Positions 1-12,696 of a stretch of DNA of 64,000 nt are shown piece after piece. The stretch covers positions 248,001-312,000 of the forward strand of contig JBEUKZ010000065.1 in assembly GCA_048128005.1 (NCBI GenBank), written 5' to 3'. The notes under the pieces were generated by a model that had not been told where the DNA came from, did not search any database, and saw nothing but the letters and a program-made list of their open reading frames with translations. The position numbers were made by a program, and so were the translations under genes. Numbering within the stretch: position 1 is the first letter of the stretch; each line of letters opens with the position of its first letter. The stretch is from Veleropilina oligotropha. Its lineage: Eukaryota.

Positions 1-1107
1 GCTCTAGCGCGTCCCATGTTAGAAGTGTCCCTACCAGGTAATTCGTGGCGCACTTGGAGTACACTGTGTACACTTCTCGGTGAACATGGCCTGCACTCCG
101 CGTACCCATAGATCGCCCCTAATGCACCCTGGATGGAATTGACAAAACTATTCGTTCATAGCGGTGTATTTTACATGCGTTAATACAGTATGTTGGTAAA
201 ATATTGATAATCGATTATTCGCGAACACTTCGATAATTGACTTCATTCATTCGCTGTTATTTTCGATAAATGCAGGTTATATTAAAATGGGATAGGCCGC
301 ATAGACACCTGTCGCACATAATATGTTGCCCACAAAATCTGCCACAGCGGACATCGCTGACTGGATCGTATGCGGCGACAGTCTTGAGTGCCTGTTTGAA
401 ATTGTTGATTTGATTGAAATACATGTGTCGATATCGGCTTGTGTCGCCATGGTGTAAATAACAAAATTGGTATCTGCTTTACACAGGCTAGCATAAATTT
501 CCTCAATCACGGGATAATTCGCTACTATTTGTATTATATAATGTTATAACTCCTTCTATTGATATGTGAATGGCTATTATATATGCATTTAGCTTTTTCC
601 TTTATAAAGAAAAATAAATTAGTCGATTACATGTTCTAATCAAACAATAATAGCGTAATGCTTGCGACTCATAAGCATAATTAAGACCATTTCACTTCAT
701 TATTGATCGGTAATTATTAAACGCAATGACGTTGCACGGCATCTTAGGTAGCTTACATGCAGACTGTGTGACGCACACACGAACGAGCCCCGAATGCGCG
801 AGTGCGCCAGGGCATACCTCCACGGAAAAGTTTTTAAATCTATTATCTTGTGCATTAATCTATGATGGAAATTAAGAAGTATCTATAATAATGAATGCGC
901 AACTGGACTGACCAACAGAATATCAATGTTTTCACCATATATTAACAGTTACTGAATCATGTAGCCTTCTGTTGGCTAAATGTTTACTTAAGCCTGATAG
1001 CAGAACTTCTCAAGGGCCTTGCTGTCCACTGGACAGGGTTGGCGCATGGCTTTATGACACCTCAAAGAGACAGGCTCATAAACTGCCTACTTCATCTGAT
1101 AAGGCAA

Positions 1108-2133
1108 TTAGCACTGAGCTGGTCGCGCCGAAATGAGACGAGGAATTAATATAGTATTTTTTAAACAATGAAAGTACTTATTGTATTCTTGTCACAATTC
1201 TCTAATATAACGATCTTTACATAGTATATTTTATGAGAAAATCTGGAAGAAAAAGGACGATTTTTAGAGGCGCTATGAAGCAATATTCATCTAAAAAAAC
1301 TAAGTCTAATAACTCTCAAGCAACTCATTTTAGCGATGTATTCTATAGATATTACATTAGATATTTTCGATACGAATAAAATGAATTGCGTCACGTTTCA
1401 TATAAATGAAAATTAAAGAAGTTACAGTCAATTTAATATTAAATTTAATGTCTTCATAACTCTTTTTTAATTTGTCTCACAAAGTATTCCATTAGAACAA
1501 CATATACCGATATAATGCTTTGTCAAAACTACCAAGTGTCGATAAGATCACGCTACTCAGTTCTGAGAAAAGTGCATTTTAATGTTTTCAAAAAATCAAA
1601 GATTGCGACGAAACCATGGCATTCATTGTCTAAAATTTTACGGCAAACATTACTTGATATCGATGCGCACTCACCCTGGAAGATTGGAAAGATTTCGTGG
1701 AGTGCATTGAAAGATACTGCAGAAATGAAAAATTGAAAAAACTTCAAAATTTTGTCAAGATTAGGACGCCCGTAGCGATCTTAGCATTGAAAAAATGAAA
1801 ATTTCATTTCCAAGAGATTGTTGTCTCAATAGTCTAGATCATGCCTTTGAAGATTTTGTCTCGATCTCGAAAGCCGTGTAAGACTTATATCGTTTTTGAA
1901 AAGAGGTCATATTTTTTTACAAAATTGAAGATTACGACCAAAGCATAAAATCCCGAAACTTGAAAATAGAACGAGGCAATGCTTCAATGATGTGCCCAAG
2001 CACACATGCATTTTGAAAGCTGTAGCTATAGCCGTTTTCGCACTAAAGTGCCCACAAAAAAACGTCAGAATAAGAATAATAACCGGTACAATTTCAATAG
2101 GGCTTCAAGCTTGAAAGAGCTTGAAGCCCTAAT
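1108..2133. mobile_element. Non-autonomous Helentron/HINE-like element (left boundary approximate)
   Basis: Ends in an (AAT/AAG)n-like tract, then a perfect 14-bp hairpin TAGGGCTTCAAGCT-tgaaag-AGCTTGAAGCCCTA (2098-2131). This architecture is typical of invertebrate Helentron-associated elements. No ORF. Confidence 0.5.
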
Positions 2134-3530
2134 TAAGCCATGCAATATTGGAGACATTGAAACAGTTTAACTCGTCACAACATTCACATATGATCATACA
2201 TGTGATACCTCCGGCCGGGAGTATAATACTCCCGAAATCAGCATCCCCAAAATGGCCTACTCCCGAAATGACAGAAATCTCCCGAAATGACAGAAATCTC
2301 CCGAAATGACAAATTCCTACCGGAATATCTTGATTTCTCCCTCAAAGATATTTTCGCAATGTTATTTCTTATCCGCAATAGTGTTGGAGTCGATAAACGG
2401 AATTCGTTTAATAAGTCGTCAACTCGTCAAATACAGTAGATGCTGTAACAATATACCTCTACATAAATTGTGTAGAATAAGATAGAACGCGATAGAGCAT
2501 AAAGATTATTGTCAAAACAATCGTTTGATACGCCATTTACCACAAGCACTCAGCGTTCTTTTGTTGAAACATTGAAGCGTGCTTTTGTGTTGATAGCTGT
2601 CGCGCAGTAATTTCGGGAACAACTTACGGAAATATACGAGTGTTTTCCGACTTGCATATCTCTTTATATTGCGTTACAAAATAATCTTGCACCGGGTATT
2701 TAAATTTCTACTATTTAATACGTTGTGATATATTTGATGTAGGCCCGTAGTTCACAAAGAATTAGATGTCAATAGAGCTAATAAAGCAAATTAATTGGGA
2801 ATAAATGCTATGAAAACGTCTATTGTTTAATTACTAGCGAGAATGGCGGTTTCATCAAGAGTTTCAATAGAGTTGCCAAATAATAGGGATTAGCGCAACT
2901 GACATGCTCTGAGCTCGAGTGATTTAATACAAGTTCGCGTTTATCGGCAAAGTACATAGCTATTAGGCCTAATCGCAAAGGTAATCTGGATTATCGGCAA
3001 GAACTTTTTAAAATATAAGAGGATTAATGATAATCGGCTTTTTTAGGTTTAATTTTGTTATGACAACATATGTTACTATGCTGATCAAGTAATTAACGCT
3101 GTGCATATTGTACTTGACTGAAGATATATATAATAAGCATTGTGAATATTTAAGGTTGTATTATATAATTATTTTATGGTGTTTAATATATATATATTTA
3201 ATTATAATATTTATTGGTATTGTTTTGATTGCATAAATAAAATAATATTTCATTTCCATGAATGCCTTTTTATTCAAATAATTTCAAATATATGACGAAA
3301 TCGACGATAAAATGCTCCGATAAAAATACTTCTGGAATCTTCTGGAATATTGACCCCAACCTCCTGGAAGGGTATTTTGGGTTTATCACATGTATGTATG
3401 ATCACAACGAAAAAGTGAAAAGAATACCCAATCCGAACTTACTGAAACACGTCAAATATTGGTCATAGTAGTAGGACTTTGTGAATTTAAATTTGCATTT
3501 GTTAAAATCAGACAAATGATAAATAGAACA

Positions 3531-3627
3531 TCACAATTATGAAACTTGTTTGAATAAATTTCATATTTTCCTCATCAAGGCTTTAGAAAATATGAAAATT
3601 AGTTAAACGCGTTTCATAAATTTGTGA
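3531..3627. repeat. Long imperfect palindrome, related to 9629-9745
   Basis: TCACAATTATGAAAC...GTTTCATAAATTTGTGA inverted arms; visibly similar to the palindrome at 9629-9745. Confidence 0.6.
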
Positions 3628-3847
3628 TATTACACTACCACTCATGTAATATCTTCAAAAATATATAACACACTAATTGAATGTAACTATTAAACATGGT
3701 AAGCTCCTTGGATGTAATGGTCTGCATGGTCAGAGAGAAGACCAAGCTCATCTACACGGATCATACTGACAATGTTCAGGCGCTCCTCTCTGATATGTTA
3801 TGCTACTGCAGATGCACGTTATCGTACTCATCTGCACATGTGCTATG

Positions 3848-3850
<3 letters not shown>

Positions 3851-3883
<33 letters not shown>
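3851..3883 (+). repeat. (CA)n microsatellite
   Basis: About 16 perfect AC units. Confidence 0.98.
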
Positions 3884-3886
<3 letters not shown>

Positions 3887-4533
3887 TAATCATATGCGCA
3901 TTCATCCCTAAATAGTTTTAAAATATTTTTACGACAAAAAATGGCGACATCTGTCATCGCAATAAAAGTACAAAAACAAGGAAATAGACAAAAGTTACAA
4001 TGTCAGAAAGCAGTTCAAGTATTCTGCTACATTGTGTGTGGATATCCTGAACACGATCTGAAGTGCTCGGTCCTCAACGGGACATTGTTATAAACGGTAA
4101 TCAGCTAGTTTTTATACAACAAACATGGTTGCATTCTGGTCTGGCTTAGATTCAACGTTACCGTGTGATGGGTGGCACCGCTCGTCACGCTAACTGCTGA
4201 CATGTTTCTTGAAATCTGATATTCAGCATATATATACATCAGCAAATAGAAGATTGTCATCAATTTATTGTTAATATTTATTTATTATGTTAATCTCGCA
4301 AAATGTCAGAAGCCGGTGAACAGATTGTACTTGACAATTAACACTAACTGTCTGCTTTCTACTACTTTATAGCTACCAAATCCCTGACTGTGAAATTCAA
4401 AATGGTGATTCAAACACATGAAAATCCAATGGAGTCCAAATTTATCTTTATACATAATGAAATTTACATAATTGTGTGACGTTCACTAGAAAATATGCAA
4501 ATTACAACAAATGAGCTCTTACATATAGTCAAA

Positions 4534-4986
4534 CTGGCATCAGAGTGGGTTGGGTCACATGTTCTGACCTGGCATCAGAGTGGGTTGGGTCACGTGTTCT
4601 GACCTGGCATCAGAGTGGGATGGGTCACGTGTTCTGACCTGGCATCAGAGTGGGTTGGGCACATGTTCTGACCTGGCATCAGAGTGGGTTGGGCACATGT
4701 TCTGACCTGGCATCAGAGTGGGTTGGGTCACATGTTCTGGCCTGGCATCAGAGTGGGTTGGGTCACATGTTCTGACCAGGCATCAGAGTGGGTTGGGTCA
4801 CATGTTCTGACCTGGCATCAGAGTGGGTTGGGTCACATGTTCTGACCTGGCATCAGAGTGGGTTGGGCCACGTGTTCTGACCTGGCATCAGAGTGGGTTG
4901 GGCACATGTTCTGACCTGGCATCAGAGTGGGTTGGGTCACATGTTCTGACCTGGCATCAGAGTGGGTTGGGTCACATTTTCTGGCC
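4534..4986 (+). repeat. 35-bp minisatellite, ~13 copies
   Basis: Unit CTGGCATCAGAGTGGGTTGGGTCACATGTTCTGAC in head-to-tail copies with no spacers. Confidence 0.97.
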
Positions 4987-5359
4987 TTTAACATACCAAA
5001 CATCCAAGAAAAATAAATATATATAATTTGCTACCTAGATGAACAGTAGATTTGACTTTAATAAGATATTTTTACAACCAGTTTGTAACCATATTTCAGT
5101 CGTATTGTAGTTGGGATTTATCGTTAGTGCAATGGAAACGATATACCTGATGTTGCCAGTACACCACATTACATATATATGGAATAGTCTTCTTCGAACA
5201 GAATTGAAAAGAAACCGAAAACCTATTAAAATTAGACAATATATTATAATTGTAATTTCTCTCTGTGTGTAACGCGCGGCAGGGATTATCTTCCTAGTAT
5301 ATATATATACTAAATGCATAAATGTAATTTGGGCGAGTACTTTAATAACATGCATATTT

Positions 5360-7250
5360 TAACTCCTCCGTCCCACATGTCTGACCGCAGACAGCGGACA
5401 AGCACTGACAAGATCCACTTGCAGGAATCCCAACGCTCCGAAGAAAATCAGATTTGACCTAAAATTGCAACTTGAACAAATTAATAAAGTTTTCAACAGA
5501 TTTTCTTACAGAAAGCGAGGAAGAGAGTATCGTTTCCTCTGCGGTGCGAGTGTTAGTCATCAACGACAGTCTGCAGGGAATAATTCTGGCTGGAACTACA
5601 AGGCTTGGAGCCGAACACCACAACATGACTCAAAGGATTGATGCGGGGCAAAAAGCATCAGGAATCGCAACTACTGCACGATGTTTTCAAAGAATCTTTA
5701 ACAGAATGCTCTTGGATAAAGCTATTTCGTAATATATAGAATTCACGATTACAGCGTTCATCAGAGAGTGCACCTGGCAGCCTGCATCATAATTATTTTG
5801 CCAAGAAACATTTTGACGAATGAGACTCGACAGGGTGTGAAATGGCAACAGTGTTGTTTTGAAAGAGGACACTGCAGCAGGCCATCACTGGGGAGAGGGA
5901 ACTCGGGTTCTTGCATTGCGCTGTCATTAGAATAAGAAGGTCAGACTTCTTCGGAGCATATATATACATGAATATTCTATTTCCATCTATATTAACCTTT
6001 CCGCAAATAAGCAATATCAACATAGTTGAAGTAGTTTCGAATGAAATTAATAATCAATATAAAAACACATCCGGTTTTGTTTTATATGAATCATGCAGGG
6101 TTGCAATGCATACATGCACGTTTTTTGGAAGGAGAGAAATACAACTTATATCCAAGTCTAGTATATGGATTTATGAATGTTATTGTTTGTCTTACATCAT
6201 ATTTATTTAGGATTCCACTCCAAGTTCAAGTCGTAACACGAGTTGTGGGTCAGTCTCGAATTTTAGCTGTCCAAACATAGCAGTGGAGAATCTGATGTGC
6301 AAAGCCGCACATTGCCGAAACCACCTATGTTGAACCTCCATGTGAATCCACATTTTAATTGTAATATTCCAATAATTGTAATATTCCAATAATAATTCAC
6401 AGACTCACCGATTTGCCAAAATATAATGACATGTATAAATCATTATTCTAATGATTCAAAGATACTCAACTTAAATTGTAATAAACTGAATACATTGAAT
6501 CAAACTGAGGTTAATTTTTGGCGGCCGATTACCTGGAGGAGTAATACGGATGGGAAGTATTAGGTGCTGGGCTCCGTGCCAGAAATCATTAGCGTTTGTT
6601 GATGGAAACCAAAGCCTCGACTTCACAAGGAGCTCGGAGACGTGGATGCTTCCCACTTGTTGTCGGAGAAGTTTACTCTTTCTTCAATGAGTCTCACCAT
6701 GTCAAAGTAAACAGGACTGTGGCCTGCTGGGAAATGGAAACCTAACAGGAATCCGACAATGCAAAAAGTATGGCAGCAATCACCGGCCTTGATGTGCTGG
6801 GAGAAAATCTTTCAAGTAGAATTGATACAATTTGTGAACTTACACGGCAGATTATGTAGGTGTGGGCGCGTACACGTGTTTATTTATATGTACTTCTGAT
6901 CTAGAAATACAGACGGGCGGGAATAACAAAGCTCTCCGGGCTTTGCTTCTGACGTCTGCTTCTCATTGAAGATGGTTCTGTTCATTCCAAAAATATTTCA
7001 CATTGGATTCCCGGAGCCGAAGGCGGGGATGATTCCAGGTGATTCCCATCCACTGGAACTGCTATAAATAGCTGCATTCACATGCAGGCGGGAATCGAAA
7101 ATCAATCATCATTCTCCATAGATAAGACATGTTAATGCGCTGGAAGGGCACCTGGTCCAGATTGGCTGGCTGCTGCCATTCTGTCCTCGTAGTCGATCGT
7201 TGTCCAGTAATATTTGTCTTAAAAACCATGTACCTAATGACCTATGTCGT
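5360..7250. pseudogene. Cluster of GC-richer exon-like blocks, probably a decayed spliced (possibly transposon) gene; strand and identity uncertain
   Basis: Blocks at ~5360-5457, 5510-5945, 6210-6345, 6520-6810 and 6905-7250 are separated by AT-rich spacers with splice-like borders. No continuous reading frame across them. The minus strand shows YDAGCQ, NTRTAEET and a SAP-like DFLRSVGIPASGS. Confidence 0.3.
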
Positions 7251-9628
7251 GAAATAGGTATATATATATACGTGCACCAAAAGAAACTATTCCCAGCACA
7301 ACATGTACACAGAATTATGAAGCAATTTAGCCAAATAAAGGAGTGCTTGATCCAATTCTATATCATCCATAATAAATTTGTTATTTCACAAATTTTACCA
7401 CGATAACAAGGAAACATTTTCAAAATTTTACACAAATTTTCTCAAAAATTATGTCAATGAATGATTGATTATCATATATCGGGGTCATTTTACATAGGGT
7501 CAGTGTTTAATATCAACCGTAATACACATGTGTCTTAATTTTATCAATGAAACAGAATAACAGCCAATGACAGAGCGGGTCACAAAAGTTCATTGGTGGT
7601 GTGTATCCTCCTTTTACTACGAAACACACATGGCCACTTCCAAATCATATTAACGTCGATAGCAGCGATCAAAGAAAATACATGCAACTGCAACTAACGA
7701 CCAATATTTAGTTGAAATATTAGGTGCACAGCTTCAGGTAAGCCTAAGCATCCCTAGCTCTAGATCGCTTAACTATCGATAGTTATAGCCTACAGAGTTC
7801 AATATCAGGGTAGGCTAGTTTTCCCTTTAATGAAAGCGGTGTTCATTTCATTCGAGAATGGCTGCCATTTTCTGACACTTTGAATCAATTTTAATTGTAA
7901 ATTAACATATTAACGTTGCATATTTATAAAATTATTGTGAAAACATGTTTATAATTGATGACATATATACAAAGCCAAAAAATTAGTCATGATTGCGATG
8001 CTATGTAAGTTGGCGAAGTTGATTCGATTACAGACGACAACTCGTTCAAACTCTGCGACGAAAGAATGAAATAGACACATAGGCCTCGCACATTTAATGT
8101 TATTTTAATAGAACTTGTTGGAGAAGTATAATATGGATAAAGCGACATTAGTTCTTTTCATAACATCATTTTTTGCTCTTTATGGTGACAACCGGGGTTA
8201 TTTTTCACATCCATAGACGCATTTTCATGACGTCAACGTTCAATTTACAATTTCACCTGCTGCAATATTACTACGCCGCATAATTATGTTAAAACGCGTC
8301 AACAAAATTAAAATTAACGTTGCATGTACAGCTTGTTTCTTTATAAATTTGAGACATATGATAAATAGAATCTCACATTCGCCAGTGCTGATGGTTTGTA
8401 AAATGAAGGAGAGTAAAAAATTACTCTCCTGAAAATACTGAGGAGAGCAATTGCAAATTGACTATCGCAAAAGAAACGAAGTTGGGTGACAGATATGTAA
8501 AAAAAACGATTTTCGATGTCACGGCCCATTTAGTCATTACGTGAATAAATTGTATACACTATACTAACTAATATAGTATATTGGCTAATAATGTTGATAT
8601 TCTTTAAATTTAAAATATCAACTGTACGTGGCCCATGATATTAAAACCGGCTTGATGGACTGTTATGTAAAATAAAATGATGCAAAATTTTCACCACATC
8701 TAGTTTACCTAGACATAATAATTATGTAGCCAAGCTTTTCACAATTAATTAGCTACGGTAATTAATAATTAATATATTCTTTATGTAATTATTTTAGACA
8801 TTTCCTGATAGGCCTACTTGTTATTATGTTAGCAATGCAATTTTGTTTAGCAACAATAACACTTCGATGGATATTTAGAATAGGTTTACATTTATACGCT
8901 CACTTAATATTTTCTAATTTGAAAATTTCACACAAGTTTTATCACGAAATCGACTTTCACAATTGAAAATTAATATAATTCCATTTCGTAGCTTTGCTGC
9001 TTGTTGAAGTCGTCACATTAAATTATCTCCCTTGAAAAATAATGCGCCTAATGTCGGCAGACTTGCATTGATGATTCTATATATATATATCCTGTTAAAA
9101 CGTAATATAATTTCATATATACAACTTACTTTAATTACTAAAACTGCTATTTTTCCCGTATTTAAATATTTATTTCATCGTAAATGTTGTTAAAGCAGAT
9201 AAAAGGTCTCCGCGTGGTTAGCGTGAGTCACGATACAGACTCTTCGTTTTAAAACCGGAATGTATTGAAAATGGCCGACGCTAATTTCAATGACAATAAG
9301 CAGTGCGACAAAACACCGAAGGGTTCCGAAAACCACTTCTCGGCAATGTCCGGAAATAGTCAAGATGTATTTGATACACTCACTGCGAGAACATGAGGAA
9401 GCCGATGTCTGACATGTCGGATAACAGTTGAAGATTGCCGCGACATCGCAAACGATGTTAGCTGTATTAAAGTATTGAAAATGAAATGAAACACGATTTT
9501 ATAAGTCCATTTATTGATTTATCATATCATTTATAGACACGCAACTATTGACTCCCGCAAATTCAGATTCAGGCGCGCTATGGCACGCGAGCACAACTAC
9601 GTGCCTCAAACGAACAGCACTGATTCGT

Positions 9629-9745
9629 GGTCATTTAATATCACATTTATGAAACTTGTTAACTAATTTTTATATTTTCCACGGTGAAACCTCGGAAAAT
9701 ATTAAAATTAGTTAACTCATTTCATAAATGTGATAATAAATGACC
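9629..9745. repeat. Long palindrome (~50-bp arms) at the end of an interspersed repeat
   Basis: GGTCATTTAATATCACATTTATGAAA...TTTCATAAATGTGATAATAAATGACC. Confidence 0.7.
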
Positions 9746-10059
9746 CCTCATGTGAGATCCCCTCTTACTTGTATCGCATTGTCATAATTTAGTATAAATA
9801 GCAGAAAAGCATTAAATTTTTATATAAATGGTTATAAAGAAAACATGCCAATCCGATTATATTTCTAATTTAGCTATTTGGAGAATGAGAGCTTTAACAC
9901 TAGATGATAATAATGTTTACATTTTTCCAATCTTATTCAGTTCCTTAAATTAAACTTCTGTGAACATCTTTTATTGAAATAAATCATCACTTACGAATAA
10001 TTGGTTTATTCACAAGGATATAAAGCTGCATGGTAAATAAACAGCGACCAGCGATGGCT

Positions 10060-10818
10060 GGTTTATTTCCACATATTGCTTGTCCAATCTCGTAATTTGT
10101 GTATTTTCTAAGTCAATATTTCAAGTGCTGCCTGCAAGCATCTCTGTCTGTCAGAATTCGGCTAAATCTTCTGTGGGTATTTTCTGTAACAACAGCGCGT
10201 TACGTTAGTTGAGTATCGCACTCCGATCGGTAATGATTACCATCTTTGCGATCCCGATACGTCGCTCTTATATCACTCGGAATGTGGTAATATATAATAC
10301 ACTGGCATCCATTCAACTCAGCCAGAATTCATAAAGGGGATCCCGCAGTTTTTCAGGTGCACTTACGCAATGCTTGTCGGGTTGGATTCAGGCTTAAGCA
10401 GTTCCCAGATCCTTGTAGCGCTAATGTGGCTAATTACAGAACAAACAATCTGCAGTGTGATCAGCCCGGATAAAGTAAACAACATCCACATTGAAACAAC
10501 ACATCCAAACAGTTCTCAGGGCATGCTAGGGGAGATAACTCTACCATGACTGACATATCAAGACAGTGATATAATAATCAAAGTAAAGACATATTTGTTA
10601 TTATATAAATAATTAATTCATCAAATTGCCATTTTTACCTGCGTCTAGCAGGGTCAATGAATGGTACATGTTGTTGTTGTTGTTCTTGTTGTTCTTCTTG
10701 GGGGGAAGACAATTTTGAAATGATTTCAACCAGATCTTCCACCTTTTAGGCGACTTCGACAACAAGCCAATTTGAAAAAAGTGCATGACCACTTGATGTA
10801 TGAATTGAGAGATGCTGC
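10060..10818 (-). pseudogene. Putative three-exon spliced segment of unknown identity (pseudogene, lncRNA or TE gene)
   Basis: Minus-strand AG/GT-bounded blocks at ~10639-10818 (…KVEDLVEIISKLSSPQEEQQEQQQQHVPFIDPARR, with an in-frame TAA upstream), ~10368-10421 (54 nt, ATRIWELLKPESNPTSI, donor GTAAGT) and an acceptor TTGTTACAG at ~10184. Confidence 0.35.
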
Positions 10819-11230
10819 CTAACAGAATAGCAAATTACCATGACAGCCTCTTTGATGAATAAATATTAAATCATACAGAAAAGTGGTCTGTATTATATGT
10901 ATCACACATGTTTCACAGTAGTAAAAGAGGTATAACAGTTAAACATTTTAAGATTTTGCATACTTTATTAAATTATAATTAATCAACTTTATTATAATTA
11001 ACTAAGTCTGTCAAAGGGGCGTAACTCTTGAAAACCAATTTGTGAATTCTATGAAATCATACAGAAACATGGTCTGTATTATATGTATCACACATGTTTC
11101 ACAGTAGAAATTTTGCTTATGACGCAGGTTATTGCACACATTCTGTGCTTGTTGTCACTATAGTCGTTGATCATTAATTGGTATAATGGAAGACCATTTA
11201 ACAGACATGATGACAATACCAGTGGCGCTC

Positions 11231-11477
11231 AGTGCCCGGTTTTATGAGCTAGGCGTAGGCTAGTCCAGGACTAGTTTGCTGTAGTCCAAGTCCGACAACA
11301 TTTTTCATTTGGACCACTTTCAAATTGCTTCCTACATTACTGAGGTGGCCTAGATAAGATGGAAGGCATAACGCAGACCAGAATTAGCCTAGTCCGCTCT
11401 CCCAAAAACATAATCAACTGTTTAGTCCTCGAATAAGTCCTGAATAGACCTACGCCTAGCTCATAAAACCTGACACT
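11231..11477. mobile_element. MITE, PIF/Harbinger-like
   Basis: 29-bp terminal inverted repeats AGTG(C/T)C(C/A)GGTTTTATGAGCTAGGCGTAGG with 2 mismatches; ~250 bp; no ORF. Confidence 0.8.
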
Positions 11478-11994
11478 AGCAAACAAAATCATTTCAATGG
11501 GTAATTGGTTGTTTTATATAATATTATACAAAAGTTTAATGGTACAAAAGAGATTGACTTAGAGTCTTGCTCCATGATCTAATCCTAAGGCCCCTTTCCC
11601 ACATCTGGGACTACTACAAGAGGGACTGGAAGCTCTGTCCAATTATCCAACTCGCCATCAATAATGTGGTACTCGCTGTTGTTCTCGTGTTTACCGCACT
11701 GTGCATGTGCGTAGTGGGCTTTGGCTTCGTGACAAGTCTATTTTATCCTCAATTAGGATCAATGCGGTAAATTATAAGTTTGAATTCACAAAATATCTAT
11801 TAACACAACATATAACGAATTTATTTTTTTAAATATTTTAATTTGTACGGCATTCAAACTAAAGAAATTGCATAATTATTTATAATAAATTAAATTAAAT
11901 TCAACCAATTATTGAAAGAGATCTATGTTAATCGCTAAATAAATTGATTGGGAAATTAAAATAGAAATAAGTTCTTATAAATTTATCTTTATTA

Positions 11995-12418
11995 CAGTGG
12001 AACCCACTTAATTGCATATCGCTCAATTGCATAATCCGGTTATTTGCATATAATCTCTGGGAACAGAATATTTTACTATTATTATCATATGTAAATATTC
12101 GGTTAATCGAATGGATAATTATTCGATTCCCGCTTATTTGTATAAGAAATTTTCGACAAAACAATACATAATTGATAATAAAATCGCTAAAATTGATCAA
12201 AATACTTGCGTATTTCCCAGTATGTCTTGCTACGCCATCGTAAAGATGTTTATTCAACATTCGAAGTTTTTGAACCATTTCTGCATCTGCAACCTCGTGG
12301 GTGCCAAAATAATTTTACTTCCGGAAAAAGTCGGAACTGAAAGTTTGGTAAACATTTGTGTGATTTCTAATTTTGTGGATTTTCAAATTTGGATTAATTC
12401 TATAATTAAGTCTTACTG
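11995..12418. mobile_element. Tc1/mariner-type MITE (degenerate right end)
   Basis: Starts TA|CAGTGGAACCCACTTAATTGCAT with repeated TTGCATA subterminal motifs. Confidence 0.45.
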
Positions 12419-12430
12419 ACATCTGTTTTT

Positions 12431-12696
12431 GGCCGCTTCGGTAGCGCAGTGGGTAGAGTGTCCACTCTAAATTCACTGGCTTGTTTCCGCTGACGCGAAC
12501 AGTAGTGGGATCGACCCCCGGCTGAGGCAGCACATATTTTTTCAAGTTATGAAGCACAGTTGTCCGTGACTGGCCGAAGAGGGCGGGTTTACCCGGCGAC
12601 CGGGGTTTCCTCCCGCGATAACACGGACATGTCCTGCCTTGAACCTCGATGTTATAAACATACAGGACATTAAGCATAATTCCTCCTCCTTCCTCC
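12431..12696 (+). mobile_element. tRNA-derived SINE, copy 1
   Basis: Head GGCCGCTTCGGTAGCGCAGTGGGTAGAG (A-box-like), GGGATCGACCCC (B-box-like), body GGGGTTTCCTCCC and (TCC)n tail. Closely similar copy at 23150 and a diverged copy at 51226. Confidence 0.85.

Noticed and set aside
12431..12530. Possible tRNA genes (also 23150, 48568, 51226, 63205)
   Set aside because: A/B-box-like heads continue into shared SINE bodies or are degenerate, and no complete cloverleaf is evident.
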